From the NCBI GenBank assembly GCA_964568775.1, contig CAZMQW010000004.1:164-64163 (forward strand): a stretch of DNA of 64,000 nucleotides. Reading direction: 5' to 3'. The notes beneath the pieces are model-generated. The model was not told the DNA's origin. It did not search any database and saw only the letters and a program-made list of their open reading frames with translations. The DNA comes from an uncultured Candidatus Saccharibacteria bacterium (GTDB taxonomy: Bacteria; Patescibacteriota; Minisyncoccia; Minisyncoccales; MHMH01). Positions 16,580 through 25,940 of the stretch are shown here, one piece after another (position 1 is the stretch's first letter; each line of letters starts with the position of its first letter). Made by a program: the position numbers and the translations under genes.

Positions 16580-17671
16580 ATGAAAGGCAAACCCGATCAT
16601 ATTCTGCTGGCTTCGGTGATTATGCTGATTTTGCTGGGCGTTGTCATCTTAACCAGCGTTTCAGCCGCTTTAAGCTTGGAGAAGTTCAATTCGTCTACCT
16701 TTTACCTGTTTCACCATATTGTTTATGGTCTTTTGCCGGGCATTCTGTTGGGATTTTTGGCTTTTAAAATGCCCCTGAACCTTATCAAAAAATGGGCGCC
16801 TCTTCTGCTTTTGTTTAATTTAATGCTGCTGATTCTGGTTTTTATGCCCAAGATCGGTCTGACTTTAGGGGGAGCCAGGAGCTGGATTAACTTGGGCTTT
16901 GCTTCTTTCCAGCCTTCGGAGTTTTTAAAACTAACTTTTGTTCTGTATCTGGCTTCCTGGCTGGCAATCAGGACAGAGAAATCTAGGCAGAATTTTTCCA
17001 AAACTTTGGTTGCTTTTTTGGCAGCCATTGGCCTGATCGGATTGCTCTTGATTCTGCAGCCAGACATCGGCACCCTGGGAATAATTGTTATGACCGGAGT
17101 GGTCATGTATTTTTTGGCGGGCACGCCGTTGAGGCACAGCTTTTTAATGGTTTTGGGCATTGGCGCGGCCCTAGCTGCTTTGATCAAAATTGCGCCTTAC
17201 CGTTTGGCCAGAATATCTGTTTTTTTCAATCCGGACATTGACCCAATGGGCATCGGCTACCAGGTCAAGCAAGCCTTGATCGCGGTCGGCTCGGGCGGCA
17301 TCCTGGGCCGGGGACTGGGCATGAGCGTCCAGAGATACGGCTTTCTGCCCCAGCCCATGGCCGATTCCATTTTTGCCTGCTACGCTGAAGAATGGGGGCT
17401 GATCGGCGCTCTGGTCCTGATAGCTTTGTTAATGGTTTTTATCTGGCGGGGCTTCACCATCGCCAAGAATACCACCAACAAGTTCTTTCAGCTGACCGCC
17501 CTGGGCTTGACCGGCTGGCTGGCTTTGCAGGCTTTCATCAACATCGGCTCCATGGTCGGGATACTGCCGTTAACCGGCATTCCTTTGCCTTTTATAAGCT
17601 ACGGCGGTTCGGCTCTGATAACTTCGTTGGTCGGGGTCGGTATTCTGCTTAATATTTCAAAACAAACATGA
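16580..17671 (+). CDS. ftsW: SEDS-family peptidoglycan polymerase FtsW/RodA
   Basis: About 10 TM segments, QPSEFLKL, GYQVKQALIAVGSGGILGRGLG and LPLTGIPLPFISYGGS. Confidence 0.85.
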   Translation: MKGKPDHILLASVIMLILLGVVILTSVSAALSLEKFNSSTFYLFHHIVYGLLPGILLGFLAFKMPLNLIKKWAPLLLLFNLMLLILVFMPKIGLTLGGARSWINLGFASFQPSEFLKLTFVLYLASWLAIRTEKSRQNFSKTLVAFLAAIGLIGLLLILQPDIGTLGIIVMTGVVMYFLAGTPLRHSFLMVLGIGAALAALIKIAPYRLARISVFFNPDIDPMGIGYQVKQALIAVGSGGILGRGLGMSVQRYGFLPQPMADSIFACYAEEWGLIGALVLIALLMVFIWRGFTIAKNTTNKFFQLTALGLTGWLALQAFINIGSMVGILPLTGIPLPFISYGGSALITSLVGVGILLNISKQT

Positions 17672-18795
17672 TTAAAATTTTATTCACCGGCGGAGGCACG
17701 GCCGGCCACGTTATACCCATTGTGGCCGTGGCCCGGGAGATAAGGAAACTGGGGTTTGAGGACAATTTCTTTTATCTTGGGCCGAAGGACGAGTTCAGCT
17801 CGATTTTGCTTTCGCAAGAGGACATTAAAATTAAAACAGTGATGGCCGGCAAAATCAGAAGATATTGGACATGGAAAAGTTTTTTACGCAACATCGTTGA
17901 TCTGCTGTTTAAAACGCCTTTGGGATTTTTCCAGGCTTTTTTCCAGGTCTTTCTCATCAACCCGAACCTGATTTTCAGTAAAGGAGGCTATGGCGCTTTG
18001 AGTACTTGTCTGGCCGGCTGGCTGTTGCAGGTGCCGGTTTTTTTGCACGAGTCAGACGTGGTGCCGGGCCTGGCCAACCGTTTTCTGAGCAGATTCAGCG
18101 CCAAAATCTTTGTTTCTTTCCCGGTGGCCCAGACAGAATATTTCTCAGCCGAGAAAATGATTTCGGTCGGCAACCCGATCAGAAGAGAAATAACTCAGGG
18201 CAATCGGGCAAATGCCAAGAAATTGTTTAATATTCAAGGCGACCGGCCGGTCATCCTGATTCTGGGCGGCTCGCAGGGAGCGCAGAAGATCAATGACATG
18301 GTTTTGACTATTCTGCCGCAGATGCTTAATGACTTTGAAATAATCCACCAGACCGGTGAAAAAAACTTCCAGCAGGTCAGGGCCGAAGCCAAGGTGGTTA
18401 TTGACCAGAGCTTGAGTAAATACTACCATCCCGTTGCTTTTCTGCGGGAAGTGGAAATCAGGGAGGCTTACAAGGTAGCTGACTTGGTGGTAAGCAGAGC
18501 TGGTTCTGGCAGCATATTTGAAATAGCAGCCTGCACCAAGCCAAGCATTCTGATTCCTTTGTCAAACTCGGCCCAGAACCATCAGGTTAAGAACGCTTAC
18601 GCTTACGCTGAATACGGCGCTGCTTTGGTGATGGAAGAAGCTAATCTGGCACCCCATTTTTTCCTGGAAAAGCTCAAGTATCTGTTCTCCCGTCCGGCCG
18701 AACTGGACAATATGAAAAAAACAGCGGAAGGTTTTGGCCAGCCGGAATCGGCCACCATCATCGCTCAATACGTCATTGACCGCCTCAAGAAATAA
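17668..18795 (+). CDS. murG: UDP-GlcNAc--lipid I N-acetylglucosaminyltransferase
   Basis: FTGGGTAGHVIP, LGGSQGA and RAGSGSIFE motifs. ATGA overlap with ftsW. Confidence 0.9.
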   Translation: MIKILFTGGGTAGHVIPIVAVAREIRKLGFEDNFFYLGPKDEFSSILLSQEDIKIKTVMAGKIRRYWTWKSFLRNIVDLLFKTPLGFFQAFFQVFLINPNLIFSKGGYGALSTCLAGWLLQVPVFLHESDVVPGLANRFLSRFSAKIFVSFPVAQTEYFSAEKMISVGNPIRREITQGNRANAKKLFNIQGDRPVILILGGSQGAQKINDMVLTILPQMLNDFEIIHQTGEKNFQQVRAEAKVVIDQSLSKYYHPVAFLREVEIREAYKVADLVVSRAGSGSIFEIAACTKPSILIPLSNSAQNHQVKNAYAYAEYGAALVMEEANLAPHFFLEKLKYLFSRPAELDNMKKTAEGFGQPESATIIAQYVIDRLKK

Positions 18796-18806
18796 TCTTA
18801 TTTATC

Positions 18807-19492
18807 ATGGCTTCGATCAAAGAAAATACTACCATCCGGCAATACCAGGATTTTACCAACCAGGTTTACGGCCTGTCCAACAAACGGCATTTCGGCTTGT
18901 GGGACATGGTCAGCAACCTGGAGCGGTTTGTCACGAGAGGTTTAAAAGGCATCAGAAAAAAAGACAAAAAAAAATCAAACTGAATCTTTTAATCGCTCTA
19001 ACCTGGTTCAGCTCAATTATGAACAGGCTGCAGATAGACCTGGAGGATGTTACGTGGCAGAGGTTTCCTTTTTTATGTTCTTACTGCGGTTCGTGCCCCT
19101 GCGTTTGCAAGGAGAAAAAAGTTAAAACAAGACAGGCTATCGCTGTGGACGAAATAAAGAGAGTTAAAACATTGAAAGGATTCCAGAATATGTTCAGCCA
19201 GATTTATCCTTCTGGCCGGCGGACGATCGAGGATGCGGGCATTCATTTGGCCGAGGAGCTGGGGGAATTTTCCGAATCAATCATGACTTATCGGGGCGGC
19301 CACCAGGAAAATGATTTCAATAAAATAGAAAAAGAAGCGGCTGATCTGCTTTCCTGCTTCATGGGCGTTTTTAACTCGGCCGACATATCCATGGCCAAGG
19401 AACTGTCTTTAATGTTCGCTGAAAACTGCCACGTTTGCAAAAAACTGCCCTGCACCTGCCAATTCCTTGACATTACCAAATTTAAATCCTAG
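18807..19492 (+). pseudogene. MazG-like nucleotide pyrophosphohydrolase (tandem domains, Cys clusters) split by a -1 frame change in a poly-A tract
   Basis: Frame 3 reads MASIKENTTIRQYQDF...GLKGIRKKDKKKSN* (stop at 18981). The MazG-like helix continues in frame 2 as IKLNLLIALTWFSSIMNRLQIDLEDV..., with EELGEFSE and EAADLL later. The junction is the A9 run at 18966-18974, preceded by an A7 run. Confidence 0.6.
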
Positions 19493-19539
19493 CATAAGGA
19501 AATAAAACCGAATACTTAGTTTCAGAAAAGGAGGTTCCG

Positions 19540-19971
19540 ATGTACTGGGGAAATTGCGTAGAGTCAATAATAATATTTCGTAGAGAAGGCCACCCGACCG
19601 CAAGAAAAGAACACGAATGCTGCGAATGTGGAGAGACGATTAAAATAGGTGATAAATACTGGTATTTCGTCGGCTGCTGGAACGATGGTTACCATGATGA
19701 CTATGATAATTATTTCGGGGCGTATAAAACGTGCTCACAGTGCGAAAAAGACTGGGATAAAATCATAGCAGCTCACCACGAAAACGGAGAAATAGAAGCC
19801 TGTCATATTTTCGGATTACTCAGAGAGGCCGTCCAGGAAGCGTTTGACGAAGGCTTCTTAACAGAAAACGACCAGCTAGTGCAAGAGTGGCTTGGTATTT
19901 TCCCGATAGAGATCCAGGGAAAACAAGAGGCACTTTTACAAATGAAACTTTACAGCGAACCCCTTCTTTAA
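19540..19971 (+). CDS. hypothetical Cys-rich protein (143 aa) with an N-terminal CxxC...CxxC zinc-ribbon-like module
   Basis: SD aaaaGGAGGttccgATG. HECCECGETIKIGDKYWYFVGC...CSQCEKDW. Confidence 0.6.
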   Translation: MYWGNCVESIIIFRREGHPTARKEHECCECGETIKIGDKYWYFVGCWNDGYHDDYDNYFGAYKTCSQCEKDWDKIIAAHHENGEIEACHIFGLLREAVQEAFDEGFLTENDQLVQEWLGIFPIEIQGKQEALLQMKLYSEPLL

Positions 19972-19986
19972 AAACGCAACCAGTGT

Positions 19987-20016
19987 AAGCTTCGGGACGA
20001 AACCGGAGCTTTTTTA
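19987..20016 (+). terminator. intrinsic terminator
   Basis: AAGCTTCGG (19987-19995) pairs with CCGGAGCTT (20003-20011), followed by a T-run. Confidence 0.7.
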
Positions 20017-20042
20017 TTGAATAAGATTATGATAAGCTGAAA

Positions 20043-21470
20043 TTGATGAAGATGTTTGATTTTGGTAAAACTCCTAGAGTCAGAATAGCGCCTTCTCCCA
20101 CCGGCTCTCTTCATATCGGTACGGCCAGAGCCGCGCTTTTCAATTATCTTTTTGCCAAAAAAGAGAATGGCAAGTTCATTTTGCGGATAGAAGACACCGA
20201 TCTGGCCAGATCTTTGCCCAAATTCGAAAAGGATATTATCGAAAGCCTGGGATGGCTAGGCATCAAATGGGACGAAGGTCCTTTCCGACAAAGCGAAAGA
20301 ATTTCAAGTTATAATAAACATTTAAAAAAACTTTTAGAAGAAAATAAAGTTTATTATTGTTTTTGCTCGGCCGACGAATTGGAAGATAAAAGACAGGAGC
20401 AGATGAGTAGGGGAGAGGCTCCCCGGTACAACGGCAAATGCCGGGAATTGTCCGAGAAAGAAGTTGAAAAAAACCTGGCTGATAAAAAACCCTGCATCAT
20501 CAGATTCAAAACTCCGGCCAAAAAAGTAAGTTTTATTGATTTAATCAGGGGCAAGGTGGAGTTCGACGCTTCTTTATTGGGAGACTTTGCTATAGCCAAA
20601 AGCCTGGACAGCCCTTTGTACAATTTTGCCGTGGTGGTGGATGATTTTGAAATGAAAATCTCCGATGTTATCCGGGGGGAAGACCACTTGCCTAACACGC
20701 CAAAGCAGATTCTCTTGCAGGAGGCTTTGGGCCTTCCCCAGCCCCAATACGCCCATCTGCCTTTGATTTTGGGACCTGACCGCAGCAAGCTGAGTAAAAG
20801 GCACGGGGCTGTGGCCATTGCCGATTACCGCAAACAGGGCTATCTGCCCGAAGCTATGGTCAACTTTATGGCGTTTCTCGGCTGGAATCCCGACACGGAA
20901 AGAGAGATTTATTCTCTGGCTTCCTTGGTCAAGGAATTCTCCTTGAAAAACGTGCAGAAATCAGGCGCTGTTTTTAATATTAAACGGCTGGACTATCTGA
21001 ACGGTTTTTATCTGAGGAGTAAGTCAGTAAGTAAATTGGCTGAATTGTGCGCCCCTTATTTGCCCAAGACTGACAAAATTCAGCTGGAAAAAATCGTGGC
21101 TCTTTATCAGGAAAGGCTGAAAAAGCTTTCCGAAATCAAGGGATTGACCGAATTCTTCTTTAAAGACAAGCTGAACTACGATAAAAAGCTTTTGCAGTGG
21201 AAAAGCATGGCTGACAAGGAAATCAGCCAATCTCTTGACAAATCAGAGAAAATATTGTTTAAAATAGATAAGAAAGAATGGACCAGGGGCAACCTGGAAA
21301 AGAGTTTGATGGCAGAGGCGGAAAAAGCAGGGGACAGGGGAGAGCTTTTGTGGCCCCTAAGGGTTGCTTTGACCGGCCAGGAAGCTTCCGCCCCGCCGTT
21401 TGAGATAGCCGAGATCCTGGGCAAGGAAAAAACATTAAAAAGGATAAAAGAGGCGAAAAAGCTTTTATGA
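20043..21470 (+). CDS. gltX: glutamate--tRNA ligase
   Basis: RIAPSPTGSLHIGTARAALFNY (HIGH) and KLSKRHG (KMSKS). The start could be any of the first three Met/Leu codons. Confidence 0.9.
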   Translation: MMKMFDFGKTPRVRIAPSPTGSLHIGTARAALFNYLFAKKENGKFILRIEDTDLARSLPKFEKDIIESLGWLGIKWDEGPFRQSERISSYNKHLKKLLEENKVYYCFCSADELEDKRQEQMSRGEAPRYNGKCRELSEKEVEKNLADKKPCIIRFKTPAKKVSFIDLIRGKVEFDASLLGDFAIAKSLDSPLYNFAVVVDDFEMKISDVIRGEDHLPNTPKQILLQEALGLPQPQYAHLPLILGPDRSKLSKRHGAVAIADYRKQGYLPEAMVNFMAFLGWNPDTEREIYSLASLVKEFSLKNVQKSGAVFNIKRLDYLNGFYLRSKSVSKLAELCAPYLPKTDKIQLEKIVALYQERLKKLSEIKGLTEFFFKDKLNYDKKLLQWKSMADKEISQSLDKSEKILFKIDKKEWTRGNLEKSLMAEAEKAGDRGELLWPLRVALTGQEASAPPFEIAEILGKEKTLKRIKEAKKLL

Positions 21471-21844
21471 CAAAAATCAAAACCATCATCAATATTTCAT
21501 TAATCGTTGGTTTGCTGTTGCCGGGTTTTTGTTTTGCGCAAGAAGACGCCGTAGCCATGCCCCAAACCATAGAAGAGGCGAAAGGCTTTGGTTTAAACAT
21601 CCTCAAAGCCCTGCCTGACGCCACTAAAAAGGTCTGGCAGGAAGAAGCCTGGCCTTTTATCCTGCAGATGTGGGGTTGGGCGCAGGATATGTGGAATACC
21701 TATTTGGGTCATTATGTTGAGGATTGGTGGAATAAGGTGCTCAACTGGACCGGCAAAGAACCGGCCAATCTGCAAACAGAATTCCAAAAAGAGAGACAAG
21801 AGATGGAAAAAGACACCTGGGAAAGGTTTAAAGACCTCTTTTAA
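21467..21844 (+). CDS. hypothetical secreted Trp-rich protein (125 aa)
   Basis: Signal-peptide-like N-terminus. ATGA overlap with gltX. Confidence 0.55.
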   Translation: MTKIKTIINISLIVGLLLPGFCFAQEDAVAMPQTIEEAKGFGLNILKALPDATKKVWQEEAWPFILQMWGWAQDMWNTYLGHYVEDWWNKVLNWTGKEPANLQTEFQKERQEMEKDTWERFKDLF

Positions 21845-21943
21845 AGGCAGGGGAGGTACTTGACAGGGCTTTTGGCCCTGTTATTGTATATATAGGGAAC
21901 GTCGCACAATGTTAGTAAAGCGATATATAATATAAGCACTAAT

Positions 21944-22900
21944 ATGACCAGGTCTAATACCCCTATTATCAAGCATATTCCTGACTTCCTTGACTATTGC
22001 GAGGTTGAGAAAGGTTTAGCTGATAAAACCCAGGAAAATTATCAGAGATATTTAAATAAGTTTATCGGCTGGCTGAAAAAGACCAAGAAGCAGGATCTCA
22101 AACCCCACGAGCTCTCGGCCGATGACATCTGGGCTTACAGGCTCTATTTATCACGCTCCCAGGATGAAAAGGGCCGTATATTGAAGAGAACCACCCAAAA
22201 CTACTATCTAATAGCTCTGAGGGCCATTTTGGGCTATTTTGTGGCCAAAGACGTGGTTTCCATCCCCCCGGGCAAAATAACCCTGCCAAAGGACGTTAGA
22301 ACCCAAAAAACCGTTAAATTCCTTACCTTAGAGCAGGTTGAGAAACTTTTGCTGGCTCCGGACATAAAGACCAAGCCAGGGCTGAGAGACAGGGCTATTT
22401 TGGAGGCTCTTTTTTCCACTGGCTTGAGGATAGCTGAACTGGTGGCTCTGAATAAAGAGCAGTTCACCAACATAAAAGACAAGAAGGATCTGGAACTTGG
22501 CATCATCGGCAAAGGCGGCACTCCCCGGACCGTTTATTTTTCTGAAAGAGCCCTGCTCTGGCTCAGGAAATATCTGGATAGCCGCCAAGACAAAGAAAAA
22601 CCCTTGTTCGTCCATTATAAGGCCAGGAAAGACTCAAACAGCCGGCTGACAGCCCGCTCCATGGAGAGAATCATCAAAAAATACGCTCTGTTGGCTGGCG
22701 TGCCCATATTTACCACCCCTCATACTCTGCGTCACAGCATGGCTACAGATTTGCTCAACCAGGGGGTTGATTTGAGGACCATCCAGGAATTTCTGGGCCA
22801 CCGCAGCATTATCAGCACCCAGATCTACACCCACGTTACCAACAAGCGCCTGAGGGATATCCACCGCCAGTTCCACGGGGGCAAAAATCTCAAAAAATAG
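21944..22900 (+). CDS. tyrosine recombinase, XerC/XerD-like
   Basis: N-terminal SAM-like domain. Catalytic region GLRIAEL...HTLRHSMATDLLNQGVDLRTIQEFLGHRSIISTQIYTHV. Confidence 0.85.
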   Translation: MTRSNTPIIKHIPDFLDYCEVEKGLADKTQENYQRYLNKFIGWLKKTKKQDLKPHELSADDIWAYRLYLSRSQDEKGRILKRTTQNYYLIALRAILGYFVAKDVVSIPPGKITLPKDVRTQKTVKFLTLEQVEKLLLAPDIKTKPGLRDRAILEALFSTGLRIAELVALNKEQFTNIKDKKDLELGIIGKGGTPRTVYFSERALLWLRKYLDSRQDKEKPLFVHYKARKDSNSRLTARSMERIIKKYALLAGVPIFTTPHTLRHSMATDLLNQGVDLRTIQEFLGHRSIISTQIYTHVTNKRLRDIHRQFHGGKNLKK

Positions 22901-22926
22901 ATGACCGAGGCAGAACCTCGATCATC
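22900..22926. other. 27-bp imperfect palindrome (11-5-11) overlapping the recombinase stop codon by 1 nt; terminator hairpin or dif-like site
   Basis: GATGACCGAGG cagaa CCTCGATCATC. The arms match at 10 of 11 positions. No T-run follows. Confidence 0.3.
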
Positions 22927-22932
22927 TAAAAC

Positions 22933-22961
22933 TTGACGTTTGGCTAGTTATGGGGTGTAAT
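22933..22961 (+). promoter_or_regulatory. candidate promoter
   Basis: TTGACG (22933-22938), 17-nt spacer, TGTAAT (22956-22961). Confidence 0.4.
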
Positions 22962-22967
22962 AGTTTC

Positions 22968-23043
22968 CTTGTTTTCCCGTCATAACTATAAGGAGAGAAA
23001 CAAAACCTTAGTGTTTGTACCAGGAGTTAATCCTGGTTTTTTC
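22968..23043 (+). ncRNA. candidate ~75-nt small RNA
   Basis: Lies between the candidate promoter and a clean terminator (ACCAGGA gttaa TCCTGGT + T6, 23019-23043). There is no start codon after the internal AAGGAGAG. Confidence 0.3.
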
Positions 23044-23067
23044 AATCATACTATATGTCGCACAATA

Positions 23068-23283
23068 TTACTCCCCTTTTACCTCAACCTGTTTCTTTTT
23101 GCTGAAAAAGAAGATATAGATAATCTCCAGAATGGCCAGGGTGTTAAGGATAAGGATGGCGATAAACCACTTCTTGTGGCTGTTTTTGGCGGCCCGCCAA
23201 AGCGCTATCCCCTTCCAGGGTAGAACCCATAAAACAAGCAGGTAGATATACAATTGATTTTCCAAAAGAAACTGCTCCGTCAT
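23068..23283 (-). CDS. small two-TM membrane protein (DUF5652-like by recollection)
   Basis: LPWKGIALWRAAKNSHKKWFIAILILNTLAILEIIYIF. Confidence 0.55.
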   Translation of the reverse strand: MTEQFLLENQLYIYLLVLWVLPWKGIALWRAAKNSHKKWFIAILILNTLAILEIIYIFFFSKKKQVEVKGE

Positions 23284-23294
23284 ATTATTTAAAA

Positions 23295-24086
23295 TTAATA
23301 AATCTCGTAAGTTACCGTAACCGTGACCGTTACCTTATTCTCGCCGGTTTCAATCTGCATCTCTCCCCCGCCGCCGCCCATGGCTTCCGGCACAGCGGCG
23401 TAATCGTACCGCGGCACAACTCCGCCCTCGCTGAACCCGACCACCTTGCCCAGGCTCATGTCCAATTGGTCAGCCAGAACCTTGGCTTTAGCTTTTGCTT
23501 CCTCAACCGCCGCTTCCCTGGCCTGATTTTTTAAATCATCCTCGTCCTCAATCGTAAACTGCAGATCGCTGACCTGGTTAGCTCCCTCTCCGGTCGCTCC
23601 CTGTATAATGTCGCCGACCTTGGCCAGATCCCTGATTTTAACCTGCAGGGCTTGGTAAACTTCATACCCTACTAGAACTCTCCGGCCGCTGGGGCAAGGT
23701 ATCAGGCAAGTGCCCGGTTCATACCATTCGTAGCGCGGGTAGATGTTGAACCCGGTTGTTTTAACGTCCTTGTCAGTCACGCCCTCGCCTTTAACAAAGG
23801 CAATGACAGCGTTCATTTTTTCGGTATTTTCACTCAGAGCCTCGTTGACTGTTTTAGCCTCGGTCACCACTGAAAAAGAAGTTAAAGCTAAATCTGGAGC
23901 TGCGTAGACCTCGCCCGTGCCAGAAACCGAAATCGTGTTCTCGGTGGCGGTGATTTTGTCGCCGATATCAATCGCCAGAGAAACAATTAAAACAACCAAG
24001 AGCACGCTGACCAGTATCAACAAAGCGTTGATGCTGGTAATGAGGCCCTTGGTGGTTTTCTTTAAAAAATCAATGTTAAACTTCAT
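23295..24086 (-). CDS. SIMPL/DUF541 family periplasmic protein
   Basis: N-terminal anchor, TISVSGTGEVYAAPDLALTSFSV, and a C-terminal ...KVTVTVTVTYEI pattern. Confidence 0.75.
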   Translation of the reverse strand: MKFNIDFLKKTTKGLITSINALLILVSVLLVVLIVSLAIDIGDKITATENTISVSGTGEVYAAPDLALTSFSVVTEAKTVNEALSENTEKMNAVIAFVKGEGVTDKDVKTTGFNIYPRYEWYEPGTCLIPCPSGRRVLVGYEVYQALQVKIRDLAKVGDIIQGATGEGANQVSDLQFTIEDEDDLKNQAREAAVEEAKAKAKVLADQLDMSLGKVVGFSEGGVVPRYDYAAVPEAMGGGGGEMQIETGENKVTVTVTVTYEIY

Positions 24087-24123
24087 ATTGGTTAATGTTA
24101 TTAATTATCTTCGACCTGAATCC

Positions 24124-24175
24124 ATTATACCACAATAAAAGGCCCCCAAGGAATAATAGATAATGTTTGGGGGCT
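24124..24175 (-). promoter_or_regulatory. terminator hairpin + T-run followed directly by extended -10 TGGTATAAT
   Basis: On minus: GCCCCCAA...TTGGGGGC cTTTTATTG TGGTATAAT. This is the same terminator-then-promoter layout as the three-copy module. Confidence 0.55.
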
Positions 24176-24185
24176 TGTTGCGAGA

Positions 24186-24734
24186 TTATGTGGCGGCGCC
24201 GGTAAGCAAGGACAAGTTTGTTAACTCAATCATCTCCCCGTCGACAGCTCGATATATTTTTATGGTTGTCTGGCAGTCAGGGGAAATTTCCTTGTGCTGC
24301 TGAAAGGCTTTTCGTATGGCAGGCTGGTAGTCGGTATCAGATATGATCTCAATCCCGTCCCCTTGGCCGCATTTCGGACAATGCCACATGCCGTCGCAGT
24401 CTGCGGAGATAGCTAGTTTGGCGAGCAGTTTAGGTTTTATGTGCACCCGGGTCGAATCTTGGCCAAAAGATAATCCTGCTCCAACAAGTATCTGTTTGAC
24501 ATGTTGACCTAGTCTGGTGCCGGTAGTTTCTTGAAACTCGCGGATAGTCTGTTTGTCGGGCAAAACTATCACTGCTTCGTCGCCAACCACTAAAAGAATA
24601 TTGAGGGTGCAGTATGGGCTGTTTCCTTTTCTGCTGGTATAAACCAGGCTGCTTTTGATGTCAGCTTTCTCCCTTAAGGGAGAAAGTAATTTTCTAACAA
24701 AAGCGATGAAAGCATCATTTATCTTAAATTCCAT
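24186..24734 (-). CDS. hypothetical protein (182 aa)
   Basis: SD acGGAGGGaagaacgaATG. Contains CDGMWHCPKCGQ. No family recognised. Confidence 0.55.
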   Translation of the reverse strand: MEFKINDAFIAFVRKLLSPLREKADIKSSLVYTSRKGNSPYCTLNILLVVGDEAVIVLPDKQTIREFQETTGTRLGQHVKQILVGAGLSFGQDSTRVHIKPKLLAKLAISADCDGMWHCPKCGQGDGIEIISDTDYQPAIRKAFQQHKEISPDCQTTIKIYRAVDGEMIELTNLSLLTGAAT

Positions 24735-24836
24735 TCGTTCTTCCCTCCGTATTGTTCAATTATCTATTAATATATTCGCTCAATATTATTAAAAAGTCAA
24801 ATATAAAAACCGCCTGTTGAGCGGTGAAGAATATTC

Positions 24837-25109
24837 TTAAAATTCAGTCTCCAGTATTTCCTCGTACGATTTATCAAGGAAGTCATCAAGCTTACCGGCA
24901 ATCGTTTCTATTTCCATTTCGCCTTCTGCGTTTTTGGCTACGATGGCGGCTCGGCTGCCGTTCTTGAAGTTCAGTTCCAGCTTGCCGTCTATTCTATTAA
25001 AACCTACCAGCATGCAGAATCTTGGCTCATAAACATTGTACTCCTCAAACGAATCGGTCATCTTGGGCTTTTTGTCGTGTTTCAGGTTTTTACTTTCTTT
25101 AATCTTCAT
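24837..25109 (-). CDS. hypothetical protein (90 aa)
   Basis: Clean ORF between intergenic regions. No family recognised. Confidence 0.45.
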   Translation of the reverse strand: MKIKESKNLKHDKKPKMTDSFEEYNVYEPRFCMLVGFNRIDGKLELNFKNGSRAAIVAKNAEGEMEIETIAGKLDDFLDKSYEEILETEF

Positions 25110-25169
25110 AAAACGATTAAAGATAAGTTGATAGTCCCTTAATTCAGTTTAAACTTATTTATTGAAGCG

Positions 25170-25838
25170 TCAAGCCATGGAATTATTATTGGATTCTTTA
25201 ATTTTTCGGTAGGCAAAATAAGAATAAACCAGACTCAATAGAGCGGCCGCCAAAACAGCTGCGATAAAAATAGAAAAGGATAAATTAGGAAAAACTAAGC
25301 CGACCAGAGCGACCAGACCGGCGACAACAAACAATTTGCCGCCGAATCGGTGGGTCTTGTCCCAAACCTCTTCCGAATGAAGAGTCCAGGGGGTTCTGAT
25401 GCCGACAAAATAATTCTTTTTCACCTTGGGTAGAACCAAACCGATGGAGATGAATAAAATAGAGAAAGCTGGCAGGATAAAGTAATTGATATTGAACTCA
25501 GTACCCAGAGCCATTCCCAAACTGTAGAGGTAAAGTAAAACCAGGAATAAGACCATAATAGTACGCAGCCAGTAATAAGGCAGAGCGAACCTGGCGTAGT
25601 TTTTTTTCAAAGGGTCAATCAGGGGCAGGAACGTCATTAAAAGATAGACTCCCAGAGCAATAGCCGGCAAAAACAGAACGCCGAATGTCTTGCCAGACCA
25701 AGCGTCAACCTCTCCCCTGGCGTTCCAGTGGGAAGGTATTTGCTCTGGCAGTTCGGGATAAAGAACCAAGCCGATGATAAAAGCAAAAACAATCAAGGCA
25801 ACCGGCAGCAGTTCTTTTCTGGTGAAATTATTTATCAT
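25170..25838 (-). CDS. SdpI/YhfL-family membrane protein with DUF1648-like N-terminus
   Basis: LYPELPEQIPSHWNARGEVDAWSGK followed by multiple TM segments. Confidence 0.7.
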   Translation of the reverse strand: MINNFTRKELLPVALIVFAFIIGLVLYPELPEQIPSHWNARGEVDAWSGKTFGVLFLPAIALGVYLLMTFLPLIDPLKKNYARFALPYYWLRTIMVLFLVLLYLYSLGMALGTEFNINYFILPAFSILFISIGLVLPKVKKNYFVGIRTPWTLHSEEVWDKTHRFGGKLFVVAGLVALVGLVFPNLSFSIFIAAVLAAALLSLVYSYFAYRKIKESNNNSMA

Positions 25839-25940
25839 GTTTCTTAATTGACTATACCATAAAAAAGGAGCCGATTGAATAATCGACCCCTTATTTTTAT
25901 TATTTTCTTTCTTACCTCCTAATTATTAATCTTTTGACCG

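Noticed and set aside
18734-18806. N-terminal extension of track ORF 18734..19492 (MASRNRPPSSLNTS...)
   Set aside because: This part overlaps the 3' end of murG in another frame and reads as nonsense. The real N-terminus of the MazG-like gene is in frame 3 from ATG 18807.
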